A DNA stretch of 64,000 nucleotides from Candidatus Krumholzibacteriia bacterium. GTDB lineage: Bacteria; Krumholzibacteriota; Krumholzibacteriia; JAJRXK01. The notes below the pieces were generated by a model. The model was not told the origin of the DNA and ran no database searches. It saw only the letters and a list, made by a program, of their open reading frames with translations. Position 1 is the stretch's first letter. Each line of letters starts with the position of its first letter. Shown piece by piece: positions 8,441 to 21,417 of this stretch. The position numbers were made by a program, and so were the translations under genes. The stretch is from the NCBI GenBank assembly GCA_041484665.1, contig JBGPIA010000022.1, positions 1 to 64,000 on the forward strand. Direction: 5' to 3'.

Positions 8441-11400
8441 GTGCTCGCAGGCCACGTCGGGGCCGCGCTGGGTCTGAGCCACCTCGAGCGCCGGCTGAGC
8501 CTGGGCGTGCTCCTGCTCGCCGCCTTGCTCCTGGATGTCCTGCTGTGGCTCTTCGTGCTGTTGGGCCTCGAGCGGGTGACCATCCCCGCCGATTACGCCG
8601 CGCGCCACTATCTCACCTTCGTGTTCCCGTGGTCGCACGGGCTGGTCGCCAGCGTTTTCTGGTCGGCGTTGGCGGGCGGGGCTGCATGGTTGCTTACGTC
8701 GCGCTGGCGCACGGGGCGCGGCCGCGCCGCGTTCGTGGTGGCGGCCGCGGTCTTCTCGCATTGGCTGCTCGACGCGCTCGTCCACCTCCCCGAGCTCCCC
8801 TTGGCCGGCGCGGACTCGCCGCGGCTCGGGCTGGCGCTGTGGAACGTCATGCCGGCCGCGCTGGGGTTGGAGGCGATCGTCACGTTTGCGGGCCTGGCAC
8901 TCTACCTGCGGCGCAGCACGATCGGCCGCGCGCGCGCTGGCTCGCTGTGCGTCTTGGTGCTGGTGGTGCTAGCGCTCACCATCGCCGGTGGCACCGTCGC
9001 TGCGCCGCCGCCCGGCCCGCGGCAGGTGGCGGCGAGCTCGTTGATGGCGCTCGTTCTCATCATCGCAATCGGGGCGTGGCTGGCCCGAGCACCGCGCGGC
9101 CGCGAGGCGCCGACCGCCGTGACGCTGCTGGTCGTGCTGGCAGTGCTTGCGCCCACGCTGGCGTGCTCTCGCGCGCGGCAGCTTCCCCCGTCGGCCGGCA
9201 GCGCGGCGGCGGGCGATGGCCGGGGCGGCCACCGCCCGCTTCCCGCTCTCGAAGAGCTGCGCGGCCTGCCATCGGACGGCGGTCCGGACTGGAACCGCCT
9301 GGTCTTCGAGCAGAGCCCCTACTTGCTTCAGCACGCCGGCAATCCCGTCGACTGGTATCCGTGGGGTGAGGAGGCATTTGCGACGGCCGCGGCGCAGGAC
9401 AAGCCCATCTTCCTCTCCATCGGCTACGCCACCTGCCACTGGTGCCACGTCATGGAGCGCGAGTGCTTCGAGGATCCAGAGGTCGCTGCACTGCTCAACG
9501 CTGAGTTCATCTGCATCAAGGTGGACCGCGAGGAGCGCCCCGACGTCGACCGGATCTACATCTCGGTCACCGAGGCGATGACCGGCGGGGCTGGATGGCC
9601 CATGACCATCGTGATGACGCCCGATCGCAAGCCGTTCTTCGCCGGCACGTACTTTCCCAAGCGTGGCAGCATGGGGCGCCCCGGGCTGATGGAGATCCTC
9701 CCGCAGCTGGCGACGGCCTGGAGAAGCGACCGCGCGGGCATTCTGCGCGCCGCGGATCAGTCGGTGGAGTTCCTGCGCCAGCAGGACGTGGCCGCTGCGG
9801 GCGGTGTGCCGGGCGGCGATGCTCTCGACCGCGCGTACGAGCAGCTGGCGCAGGCGTTCGATGCGAACCACGGAGGGTTCGGCCAGGCACCGAAGTTCCC
9901 GGTGCCCCACAACCTGCGCTTCCTGCTGCGCTACGCGCAGCGCAGCGAGCAGGCCCACGCGCAGGAGATGGTCGAAACGACGCTCGATGCGATGCGCCGC
10001 GGGGGGATCTGGGATCACCTCGGCTACGGATTCCACCGCTATTCCACGGATGACCGCTGGCTCGTGCCGCACTTCGAGAAGATGCTCTACGACCAGGCCC
10101 TGCTCGCGATGGCCTATCTGGAGTCCTACCAGGCTACCGGCAGGGTCGCCGACGCGCAGACGGCGCGAGAGATCTTCACCTACGTCCTGCGCGATATGAG
10201 CGTGCCCGAGGGGGGCTTCGCCTCCGCGGAGGACGCCGACAGCGAGGGCGAGGAGGGGAAGTTCTATCTGTGGACCCCCGCGCAAGTCGGCGCGGCGCTC
10301 GGGACGCAGGAGGGTGAGCTCTTCGACCGCGTGTACGACGTGCGGGCTTCGAGCAACTCCCCGCAGCGCGGTGGGGCTCCGGAACGCGGTGACTCAGAGG
10401 AACATGGCGTCGCGCGGGGACGCGGCGAGGTCCAGGAACGCGACGGCAACCTCGCGCCCAGCATCCTGCACCTGGCACGGCCGATCGGGGAGTGGGCCGA
10501 CACGCTGGGCGTGCCGACGACGCAGCTTCAGCAACGCCTGGAGCGCGCACGCCAGAAGCTGCTGCTTGCACGCCAGCGGCGGGTCCGGCCCCTGCGGGAC
10601 GATAAGGTTCTCGCGGATTGGAACGGGCTGATGATTGCTGCGCTCTCGATGGGCGCGCGGGTGCTTGACGAGCCGGAGTATGCGCAGGCCGCGCGCCGCG
10701 CCGCGGACTTCGTGTTCACGCACCTGCGTAACGAGCGGGGACAGCTACTCAAGCGCTACCGCGCCGGCGCCGCAGGCCTTGCGGCCACGCTGGACGACTA
10801 TGCGTTCATGCTGTGGGGCCTGCTGGAGCTGTACGAGGCCACCTTCGACCTACGCGACCTCGAGGCGGCGGTGGGCCTCGCCCACGACATGATCCGCGAC
10901 TACGGCGACCCGGCTGCGGGGGGCTTCTTCCTGTCGGGGGCCGCGCGGGAGGACTTGTTGGTGCGCTCGAAGGTGGGCGACGACGCGGCGATCCCGTCCG
11001 GCAATTCCGTGGCTGCGCTTGTGCTCCTGCGTCTTTCGCGCATGACCGGGGAGCCGGCCTTCGCGCGTGCCGCCGACGGGGTGTTCAAGGCGTTCGCCCC
11101 GAGCGTGCAGCGGAACCCGGCCGGGCACTCACAGATGCTCGTTGCGCTGGACTTCGCCCTGGGCCCGTCGTACGAGGTCGTGATTGCGGGAGCGCCCGGC
11201 GCCGCCGACGCGCGCGTCATGCTGCGCGCCCTGGAACAGCGCTTCCTGCCCAACAAGGTCGTGCTGCTGCGCCCAGATGGGCCGGACGCGGCGCGCCTCG
11301 CCACCCTCGCGGAGTTCACGCAGTCGCAATCTAGTCTGGGCGGGAGGGCCACGGCGTACGTCTGCAGGGACTTCGCCTGCCGGGCCCCCACCACGGATCC

Positions 11401-11476
11401 GCAGCAGATGCTCGCTGCATTGGCGCCGACCGCGGGGGGCCGTCCGGCCCCACGCTCCGCCGGCCCGCGGCGCTAG
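8441..11476 (+). CDS. Fusion of a membrane metal-dependent hydrolase-like domain (YdjM-like) with a thioredoxin-domain/six-hairpin protein (YyaL/DUF255/SPATA20 family)
   Basis: N-terminal GH..LLD..PWSHGL..SHWLLD in TM helices. Then [71 protein letters not shown]. Confidence 0.85.
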   Translation: MLAGHVGAALGLSHLERRLSLGVLLLAALLLDVLLWLFVLLGLERVTIPADYAARHYLTFVFPWSHGLVASVFWSALAGGAAWLLTSRWRTGRGRAAFVVAAAVFSHWLLDALVHLPELPLAGADSPRLGLALWNVMPAALGLEAIVTFAGLALYLRRSTIGRARAGSLCVLVLVVLALTIAGGTVAAPPPGPRQVAASSLMALVLIIAIGAWLARAPRGREAPTAVTLLVVLAVLAPTLACSRARQLPPSAGSAAAGDGRGGHRPLPALEELRGLPSDGGPDWNRLVFEQSPYLLQHAGNPVDWYPWGEEAFATAAAQDKPIFLSIGYATCHWCHVMERECFEDPEVAALLNAEFICIKVDREERPDVDRIYISVTEAMTGGAGWPMTIVMTPDRKPFFAGTYFPKRGSMGRPGLMEILPQLATAWRSDRAGILRAADQSVEFLRQQDVAAAGGVPGGDALDRAYEQLAQAFDANHGGFGQAPKFPVPHNLRFLLRYAQRSEQAHAQEMVETTLDAMRRGGIWDHLGYGFHRYSTDDRWLVPHFEKMLYDQALLAMAYLESYQATGRVADAQTAREIFTYVLRDMSVPEGGFASAEDADSEGEEGKFYLWTPAQVGAALGTQEGELFDRVYDVRASSNSPQRGGAPERGDSEEHGVARGRGEVQERDGNLAPSILHLARPIGEWADTLGVPTTQLQQRLERARQKLLLARQRRVRPLRDDKVLADWNGLMIAALSMGARVLDEPEYAQAARRAADFVFTHLRNERGQLLKRYRAGAAGLAATLDDYAFMLWGLLELYEATFDLRDLEAAVGLAHDMIRDYGDPAAGGFFLSGAAREDLLVRSKVGDDAAIPSGNSVAALVLLRLSRMTGEPAFARAADGVFKAFAPSVQRNPAGHSQMLVALDFALGPSYEVVIAGAPGAADARVMLRALEQRFLPNKVVLLRPDGPDAARLATLAEFTQSQSSLGGRATAYVCRDFACRAPTTDPQQMLAALAPTAGGRPAPRSAGPRR

Positions 11477-11479
11477 TCG

Positions 11480-11562
11480 GCGCCGCGCGAACCGACGCCG
11501 CGCCTCTCGAGGCCGCGCAAGCCACCGCAGCGCAAGCCACCGCCGCGCCTTCGGACGCCGTG
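11480..11562 (+). repeat. Imperfect ~15-bp tandem repeat in intergenic DNA
   Basis: Repeated cgccgcgc-N7 units, for example cgcaagccaccgc twice at a 15-bp period. Confidence 0.5.
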
Positions 11563-11583
11563 CTGTGCCTGGCCAGGGTCGTG

Positions 11584-11592
11584 TGCTAGTCT
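11584..11592 (+). promoter_or_regulatory. Candidate extended -10 promoter for the M16 peptidase
   Basis: TG-C-TAGTCT matches TGnTAnnnT, about 95 nt upstream of ATG 11688. Confidence 0.4.
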
Positions 11593-11687
11593 CTCCCTCC
11601 CCGATGGTGCTGCGCCCGCGGGCGGGAACGCCTCGCTCGGCGGCCGTCAGCCAGCTCGACCCCCTTTTTCGCCAGAAATATGAAGCC

Positions 11688-14762
<3,075 letters not shown>

Positions 14763-14792
14763 GGGCGGCCAAAGCCGCTACCGTAGCCGCGC

Positions 14793-14909
14793 GCTGCCCG
14801 GGACGGTGATCTCTCCGCCGATCTCGTCGTCACAGTGCGGGTCCGCGCACAGCGCCGAAGTAAGCACATTGTGATAACGGACCCGCCGGAGACATGGGGG
14901 TACGGCAGC
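14793..14909 (+). ncRNA. Candidate structured intergenic element carrying a 32-bp motif shared with 32914-33056
   Basis: Outer pairings GCTGCC/GGCAGC and TCTCCG/CGGAGA. Inner pairings GTCACAGTG/CATTGTGAT and GCGGGTCCG/CGGACCCGC. Motif at 14864-14895. Confidence 0.4.
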
Positions 14910-15011
14910 ATCAACCTCCCGCACGGCAGCTCCACCGCGCAGGATCCTGACCGGACGACCTGACGACAGCAGCAGGTTGAGCGCGCCCGCTACGACTCAA
15001 GGGGAAGTTCC

Positions 15012-17021
15012 ATGAAGCTCCTCAGCTGGACCCCCCCGTCCATTCTGCTGGCGGCCACCGCGATCGGCGCGCTGGCCGGCGCACCCGCACTCGCACCCGC
15101 GCCGGCGAGCGCGGAGCTTGCGGCGCTCATCCCGCGCGAGGCGCTGCTGGGCAATCCGGTGAAGACCAACCCACAGATCTCACCCGACGGCCAGACCCTC
15201 GCGTACCTGGCGCCTTCGCCCGACGGCGTCATGAACATCTGGGTGCAGACTCTGGGCAAGGACGACGCGAAGCTGGCCTCCCGCGACACCCATCGCGGGA
15301 TCGGCACCTACCAGTGGGCCCACGACGGCCGCCACATCCTCTACATCCAGGACAAGGACGGTGACGAGAACTGGCACCTGTATGCCACCGACTTGCACAG
15401 CGGGTCGACGCGGGACCTGACGCCGTACCCTGGCGCGGCGGCCGACGCCATCCTCACCGACCGCAACCACCCCGATGAGGTCCTGGTCAGCCTCAACAAG
15501 CGTGACCCCACCACGTTCGACATGTACAGGGTGAAGCTGAGTACCGGCGAGCTGACCCTCGAGGTGGAGAACCCCGGCGACGTGACCGAGTGGGCCACCG
15601 ACTCCGACTTCCATATCCGAGCGGCGGTGGCCCTCGACGGGCAGACCAGCGACACGATTCTGCGCGTCCGGGCGGGGCCCGGGCAGCCGTGGCGCGACCT
15701 GCTGCGCTGGGAGTTCTGGGAGGCCGGCGATGTCCTCTACAAGAAGATCCTCGGCTTCACGCGGGACGGAAAGCTGATTGTCCAGTCGCCCATGGGCTCG
15801 GACATGACGCGGCTCGTACTGCTGGACGCCCAGACCGGCGCTGAGATCCGCGAGATCGCAGCCGACCGGCGTAGCGACGTGTGGAATGTGTTCTGGGTGC
15901 CGCAAGTGGTGCAGGATCCGGTGACCTACGAGATCCAGGCCGTGGGATTCGACTATCTGGTGCCCGAGTGGCGGGTCGTCGATCCCAAGATCACGGCGGA
16001 CTTCGAGGCATTGCGCAAACTCACCCCTGGGATGTTCACCATCGACAGCCGCGACCACGCGGACCAACGCTGGATCGTTGGCACCTACACCGACACGCAG
16101 CCAGCGGTCTTCTACCTGTACGACCGCACGACCCGCAAAGCGGAGCTGCTCTTCGAGAGCATGCCGCAACTCTCTGGCTACGCGCTGGCGCCCACGCGGC
16201 AGGTGACGTACACGGCGCGCGACGGCCTGGCGATCCCGGCCTATCTCACCTTGCCCGTGGGGGTGGAGGGCAAAAACCTCCCGCTAATCATGCACCCGCA
16301 CGGCGGTCCCTGGCACCGGGACGATTGGGGCTTCGACGCATGGGTGCAGCTGTTTGCCAACCGCGGCTACGCCGTGCTGCAACCCAACTTCCGCGGCTCC
16401 GTTGGCTACGGCAAGACGTTCATCAACCGCTCCACGCGCGAGTGGGGCGTGGGCGCGATGCAGCACGATCTGACCGACGGCGTGAAATGGGCGGTGGACC
16501 AGGGGATCGCCGACCCCAAGCGCGTGGCCATCATGGGCGGCTCCTACGGAGGCTACGCCACGCTCGCCGGCGCCGCGTTCACGCCGGAGCTGTACGCTTG
16601 CGCGGTGGACCTGGTAGGCCCCTCGAACGTGGCTACGCTGTTCGCATCCATGCCGCCGTATTGGAAGGTGCGCAAGCTGCGCTGGATCAAGCGCGTCGGC
16701 GACGTGGAGAACGACGACGCGCTCAACCGGCGCATCTCGCCGCTGTTCCACGCCGACCAGATCCGCGCGCCGCTGTTGATCGGCCACGGCGCCAACGATC
16801 CGCGGGTGAAGCTGGCAGAGTCGGACGCCATCGTGGCAGCCGCGCGCAAGCACGGCCTGCCGGTGACGTTCGTCGTCTACCCCGACGAGGGGCACGGCTT
16901 CGCCCGGCCCGAGAACAACCTGGACTTCATGGGCCGCGTCGAGGAGTTTCTGGCGAAGTATCTGGGCGGGCGCTGCGAGCCGTGGCGGCCGGTGAAGGGG
17001 TCCACGGCGGAGGTGCGCTAG
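15012..17021 (+). CDS. S9 family peptidase (dipeptidyl aminopeptidase/acylaminoacyl peptidase)
   Basis: Signal peptide, beta-propeller, HGGPW, NFRGSVGYG, GGSYGG nucleophile, NDPRV, DEGHGF. Confidence 0.92.
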   Translation: MKLLSWTPPSILLAATAIGALAGAPALAPAPASAELAALIPREALLGNPVKTNPQISPDGQTLAYLAPSPDGVMNIWVQTLGKDDAKLASRDTHRGIGTYQWAHDGRHILYIQDKDGDENWHLYATDLHSGSTRDLTPYPGAAADAILTDRNHPDEVLVSLNKRDPTTFDMYRVKLSTGELTLEVENPGDVTEWATDSDFHIRAAVALDGQTSDTILRVRAGPGQPWRDLLRWEFWEAGDVLYKKILGFTRDGKLIVQSPMGSDMTRLVLLDAQTGAEIREIAADRRSDVWNVFWVPQVVQDPVTYEIQAVGFDYLVPEWRVVDPKITADFEALRKLTPGMFTIDSRDHADQRWIVGTYTDTQPAVFYLYDRTTRKAELLFESMPQLSGYALAPTRQVTYTARDGLAIPAYLTLPVGVEGKNLPLIMHPHGGPWHRDDWGFDAWVQLFANRGYAVLQPNFRGSVGYGKTFINRSTREWGVGAMQHDLTDGVKWAVDQGIADPKRVAIMGGSYGGYATLAGAAFTPELYACAVDLVGPSNVATLFASMPPYWKVRKLRWIKRVGDVENDDALNRRISPLFHADQIRAPLLIGHGANDPRVKLAESDAIVAAARKHGLPVTFVVYPDEGHGFARPENNLDFMGRVEEFLAKYLGGRCEPWRPVKGSTAEVR

Positions 17022-17025
17022 GCCA

Positions 17026-18450
17026 ATGGACATCGACGAGTTTCGCACACAGGGGCACCGCACCATCGACCGGCTCTGTGAGCTGCTCGCCCAGGTCGAG
17101 CAGCGACCGGTCTTCCCCGCCGTCGAGCCCCGCGCGCTGCACCGGCTGTTCGACGAGCCCCTACCGGACGGCCCGACGCCGTTGGCGGAGATCCTCCATC
17201 AGCTCGACGACAAGCTGCTGCCCTATTGCACCCAGGTGAACCATCCCGGCTACTTCGGCCTGATCACGCCGACGCCGCTGCCGGCCGGGATTCTGGGGGA
17301 TCTGATCGCCTCGGCGCTCAATCAGAACGTGGGCGCCTACTCGATCGGCCCCTCTGCGGTGGCTCTGGAGCGGCGGACCGTGCGCTGGCTGACGGATCTG
17401 GTCGGCTTCGACGCGCGCGCGGGTGGCAACCTCACCAGCGGCGGGACGATGGCGAACTTCATCGGGCTCAAGCTCGCGCGCGATTGGGCCTCCGGCGACC
17501 GGGCGCAGGACGAAGGCCTTGCGGGCCGCTGGGCCGCCTACACCTCGGAGGAGCGCCACGTCTCGGTGGACAAGGCCGCGGATGCGGTGGGCATCGGCCG
17601 CCAGGGCCTGCGGGTGCTGCCCACCGACGATCGGTTCCAGCTCCGTGTGGACGCTCTGGAGGCGGCGATCGCTGCGGACAAGGCGCAGGGGATCCGTCCC
17701 ATGTGCATCGTGGCGATGGGCGGCAGCACCAACACCGGTGCCGTGGACTCCCTGGCCGAGCTGCGCGGGATCGCCGACCGCGAGGGAGCCTGGCTCCATG
17801 TCGACGCCGCCTACGGTGGCGGCATGCTCCTGTCGCACCGCTCTGCGGGGATCCTGCGCGGCGTGGAGCTGGCGGACTCGGTGACCCTCGATCCGCACAA
17901 GTGGTTCTACGCTCCGCTCGACGCCGGCGCGATCCTGGTTCGGGACGGGTCGCGTCTGACGCGGTCGTTCGGCATGCAGCCGGCGTACCTCACCGATCCG
18001 CTGGACGCGGCCAACGAGCGCTACAACTACTTCGTGCACGGGTTCGAGCAGTCGCGGCGCTTCCGCGGGCTGAAGGTGTGGATGGGGCTGAAACGCTACG
18101 GCACGCGCCAGCTCGGCGAGTGGATCGACGCAAACGTCGAGCAGGCGAAACGCCTGTACGAGCGAGCGCGCGGGCATCCCGATTTCGAGCCGGCGACGCC
18201 GCCGCGCATGTCGGCGGTCTGTCTGCGCTACCGCCGCGCCGGGATGGACGAGGAGCGTCTGGCACGCCTGCATGCGCTGGTGGCACGCCGCGTGGAGGAG
18301 GACGGCCGCTTCTGGATCTCCACGACGGTGCTCAAGGGCCGCACCTGGTTCCGGATCAACCCGGTGAACTTCCGCACGCGCCCGGAGCACATGGACGCGC
18401 TGTTCGAGTTGCTCACCGCGGAGTGCGCGTCCGTCGCCGACGCGGCGTAG
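17026..18450 (+). CDS. Group II PLP-dependent decarboxylase (aromatic amino acid/glutamate decarboxylase family)
   Basis: HPGYFG, SGGTMAN, HVSVDKA, GSTNTGAVD, WLHVDAAYGG, DPHKW (PLP lysine), SRRFRGLKVW. Confidence 0.92.
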   Translation: MDIDEFRTQGHRTIDRLCELLAQVEQRPVFPAVEPRALHRLFDEPLPDGPTPLAEILHQLDDKLLPYCTQVNHPGYFGLITPTPLPAGILGDLIASALNQNVGAYSIGPSAVALERRTVRWLTDLVGFDARAGGNLTSGGTMANFIGLKLARDWASGDRAQDEGLAGRWAAYTSEERHVSVDKAADAVGIGRQGLRVLPTDDRFQLRVDALEAAIAADKAQGIRPMCIVAMGGSTNTGAVDSLAELRGIADREGAWLHVDAAYGGGMLLSHRSAGILRGVELADSVTLDPHKWFYAPLDAGAILVRDGSRLTRSFGMQPAYLTDPLDAANERYNYFVHGFEQSRRFRGLKVWMGLKRYGTRQLGEWIDANVEQAKRLYERARGHPDFEPATPPRMSAVCLRYRRAGMDEERLARLHALVARRVEEDGRFWISTTVLKGRTWFRINPVNFRTRPEHMDALFELLTAECASVADAA

Positions 18451-18488
18451 GAGAGCGCCCGCCGCCCGCCCCGCCCGCCCCGCCTCCT

Positions 18489-19871
18489 CTAGCTCGTGGC
18501 CAGGGTGCCGCAGCGCAGGAACTGCCCGCGGCCGGTCGTGCCCAGCCACTGCTCGCCGTCCACGACGAGCTCCCCTCGCGCCAGCACCTTCACGATCTTG
18601 CCCTGCAGTGTCCGGCCCTCGTACGGGTTGTAGTCGACGTTCATGTGGTGGGTCTTGACGCTGATCGTGTGCGAGCCATTGGGATCGAGCAGCACGAGGT
18701 CGGCGTCGCTGCCGACGGCGACGGTGCCCTTGCGCGGGAAGAGGCCGAAGATCTTGGCCGGAGCCGTCGCGGTGATCTCCACGAAGCGGTGCAAGTCGAA
18801 GCGGCGCTGCGCTGCCGCGGCGTGGTAGAGCAGCTGCATGCGCGTCTCCACGCCGGGAGCGCCGTTGGGGATCTTGGAGAAATCGTTGCGGCCCAGCTCC
18901 TTCTGCTCCTTCAGGCAGAATGGGCAGTGGTCGGTGGCCACCACCGACAGCTGGTCGGTCTTCAGCGCCCGCCACAGCCGCTCGCCGTGGTGCTTGTGCC
19001 GCAGCGGCGGCGACATGACGTACTTGGCACCGTCGAAGCCCTGCTCCTCGTAGTTCTCGTGGGAGAGGAACAGGTACTGCGGACACGTCTCGCCGAACAC
19101 CGGCAGCCCCATCGAGCGCGCGTTTGTGACCGCATCGGCCGCCTCGGCCGCGGTCATGTGGACGATGTAGATCGGCGCGCCGGCCATTTCGGCCAGCGCG
19201 ATGGCGCGGTGGGTCGCCTCTCCCTCGGCGATGCTGGGGCGGGTCAGCGCGTGGTAGACCGGCGCGGTCTTGCCCTCGGCGAGCGCCTGCTTCACCAGCA
19301 CGTCAATCACGCTGCCGTTCTCGGCGTGCATCTGGATCAGGGCATCGAGCCGCGCCGCCTGCTGCAGCGCCTGGAAGATCTCCCCATCGCTGGAGAGGAA
19401 TACGCCGGGGTAGGCCATGAACAGCTTGAAGCTGGTGATGCCGGACTGGACCACATCGCGCATCTCCGCCAACGACTGCTGGTTCACATCGCCCATGATC
19501 ATGTGGAAGGCATAGTCACCGCAGGCCTTGCCCTCGGCTTTGGCGAACCACGCGTCCAGCCCCTGCCGCAGCGTCTGCCCCTTGTACTGCACCGCGAAGT
19601 CGATGCAGGTCGTGGTGCCGCCGAACAGCGCCGCCCGGGTGCCGGTCTCGAAGTCATCGGCCGAGACGGTCCCTCCAAACGGCAGGGCGAAGTGGGTGTG
19701 GGCGTCGATCCCGCCGGGCAGGACCAGCAGGCCGCGGGCGTCGATCTTCTGCGGGCAGGTTTCGGCGACCTTCTCACCGATGGCGACGACCCGCTCGTGC
19801 TCGATGCGTACGTCCGCGACGTACTTGTCGGTGGCGGTGACGATCGTGCCGTTGAGGATTCCCAGGCTCAT
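18489..19871 (-). CDS. hydA: Dihydropyrimidinase (D-hydantoinase)
   Basis: PGGIDAHTH, DDFETGT, SFKLFMAY (carboxylated Lys), HAENG, VHMT, ATDHCPF, KIPNG, GSDAD. Confidence 0.92.
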   Translation of the reverse strand: MSLGILNGTIVTATDKYVADVRIEHERVVAIGEKVAETCPQKIDARGLLVLPGGIDAHTHFALPFGGTVSADDFETGTRAALFGGTTTCIDFAVQYKGQTLRQGLDAWFAKAEGKACGDYAFHMIMGDVNQQSLAEMRDVVQSGITSFKLFMAYPGVFLSSDGEIFQALQQAARLDALIQMHAENGSVIDVLVKQALAEGKTAPVYHALTRPSIAEGEATHRAIALAEMAGAPIYIVHMTAAEAADAVTNARSMGLPVFGETCPQYLFLSHENYEEQGFDGAKYVMSPPLRHKHHGERLWRALKTDQLSVVATDHCPFCLKEQKELGRNDFSKIPNGAPGVETRMQLLYHAAAAQRRFDLHRFVEITATAPAKIFGLFPRKGTVAVGSDADLVLLDPNGSHTISVKTHHMNVDYNPYEGRTLQGKIVKVLARGELVVDGEQWLGTTGRGQFLRCGTLATS

Positions 19872-20232
19872 GGGCAGCCTCCGCGCTGGGGTGAAGCCGG
19901 CCCGCCGCGGCGGGCTGGAGGAGCAGAGGAGTCGGTGTCGTGCGATCCTGTCGTCGGTCTCGCAGGAACCCGGCGCCGGTAGCGTACGATCCCATTGTCG
20001 GTCCGCCCTCCGCAGCCGCGCAAGCGAAGAGCGCCGGCGGCGCGCAAAGCTGCGGCCAGGGTACCCTGCGGGTGGGCGCTGCTTCGGCCCGGCAGGGTGG
20101 TGGTGCGGCGCTCCGGGGAACCACCGCGCGGACTGGGTCGCGGACTGGATCTTGCATCGCGCGCCCGCGGGCCTGATCTTCACACAGAGGGGCGTGTCGG
20201 AGCGCCCCGTCCTCGCATGTGGAAGACCGCTG

Positions 20233-21417
20233 ATGTGGAAGACCACTGAAGGCAGCACCGGCCGCTTGCTCCAGCTCTGCGCTGGGTACTTCGTCTCGTA
20301 CACGCTGACGGGGGTGGCGGTGAAGTACTTCCTGGGCAGCCCGGACAAGGGCTTCCCGGGGATGAACGGCGTCGAGTATCTGGTGTGGAACACCCTCGGT
20401 AGCAGCGCGGTCGTGCTGTTCTGGGTGCTGTTGCGCCGCTGGTACCGCATCGACTCTGTGCGGCCGATGCAGTGGGGCCCCCTGCGCTTCCCGGGGGAAG
20501 TGCTCTACATCGTTCCATCGGGCATCTGCACCGCGGTGGTCATCCCGACCACTACCCTCATGTACACGCTGCCGATCTCGGTGCTGGTCGCCATGGTGAT
20601 CATGCGTGGTTCGATCATCGTGGTGAGTCGCGTCGTGGATGAGGTGCAGATCCGCCAGGGCATCCTCAGGAAGCGGGTCTACCGCGAGGAGAACATCGCG
20701 GTGGTGTTCGCGCTGCTGGCGGTGGGGGTGACCCTGCTGTGGACGCCCGCAATGCTCGAGCGCACCGCCGGGCTGCTGGAGCGGCTCGGGCTACGCGCGC
20801 ACGCACTGGCGCCGACCGGCTCCGCTCCCGGAAAGGGCAACTTCGAGTTCCTCTCATCGCCCGGCGCGCGATGGATCCTGGCCAGCTACATCGTCGCCTA
20901 TGCCCTGCGCATCTACGTCATGAACTTCTACAAGAACACCCGCCCCAAGGGCGCGCCCCTGAACAACGCCGCGTACCTGGGCATCGAGCAGATCTCGGCC
21001 GGCGTGACCCTGGTGCTGGTGTCGGTGCTGCTCTTCCACAGTCCCGAGCTGTTCGGCTGGCACGTTGCCCAGATCGAGGCCTTCCGTCACACGCTGCGAC
21101 AACCGCACGCGCAGTGGGCATTCGCCATCGTGGTCGGCGTCCCCTACGGGGTGCTGGCCTTCTTCTCGCTGTTCATCTTCATGTTCAAGGGCCGGACCGC
21201 GACCTTCGCGGGGCTGGTCAACCGCCTCACCTCGTTGGTGGCCGGCACCACCTCGACGTTGGTCTTCCACTACGCCTTCAGCGGCCCGCTCCCCTCGCCG
21301 GAGGACTGGCTCTCGCTGGTGTTCATCTTGATCGCGGTGGGCTTCCTGACCGTGGCCGAGCGCAGGCGGATGGCAGACCTGATCGCCAGCCAGGAGCTGC
21401 AGCTCAAGCCAACCTGA
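20233..21417 (+). CDS. Polytopic membrane protein of unknown function (possibly DMT-like transporter)
   Basis: About 9-10 hydrophobic segments and typical codon bias from ATG 20233. No family motif recognised. Confidence 0.7.
   Translation: MWKTTEGSTGRLLQLCAGYFVSYTLTGVAVKYFLGSPDKGFPGMNGVEYLVWNTLGSSAVVLFWVLLRRWYRIDSVRPMQWGPLRFPGEVLYIVPSGICTAVVIPTTTLMYTLPISVLVAMVIMRGSIIVVSRVVDEVQIRQGILRKRVYREENIAVVFALLAVGVTLLWTPAMLERTAGLLERLGLRAHALAPTGSAPGKGNFEFLSSPGARWILASYIVAYALRIYVMNFYKNTRPKGAPLNNAAYLGIEQISAGVTLVLVSVLLFHSPELFGWHVAQIEAFRHTLRQPHAQWAFAIVVGVPYGVLAFFSLFIFMFKGRTATFAGLVNRLTSLVAGTTSTLVFHYAFSGPLPSPEDWLSLVFILIAVGFLTVAERRRMADLIASQELQLKPT

Noticed and set aside
17026..19871. Beta-alanine pathway link between the PLP decarboxylase and dihydropyrimidinase
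   Set aside because: The genes are convergent, the decarboxylase substrate cannot be inferred, and ureidopropionase is absent.
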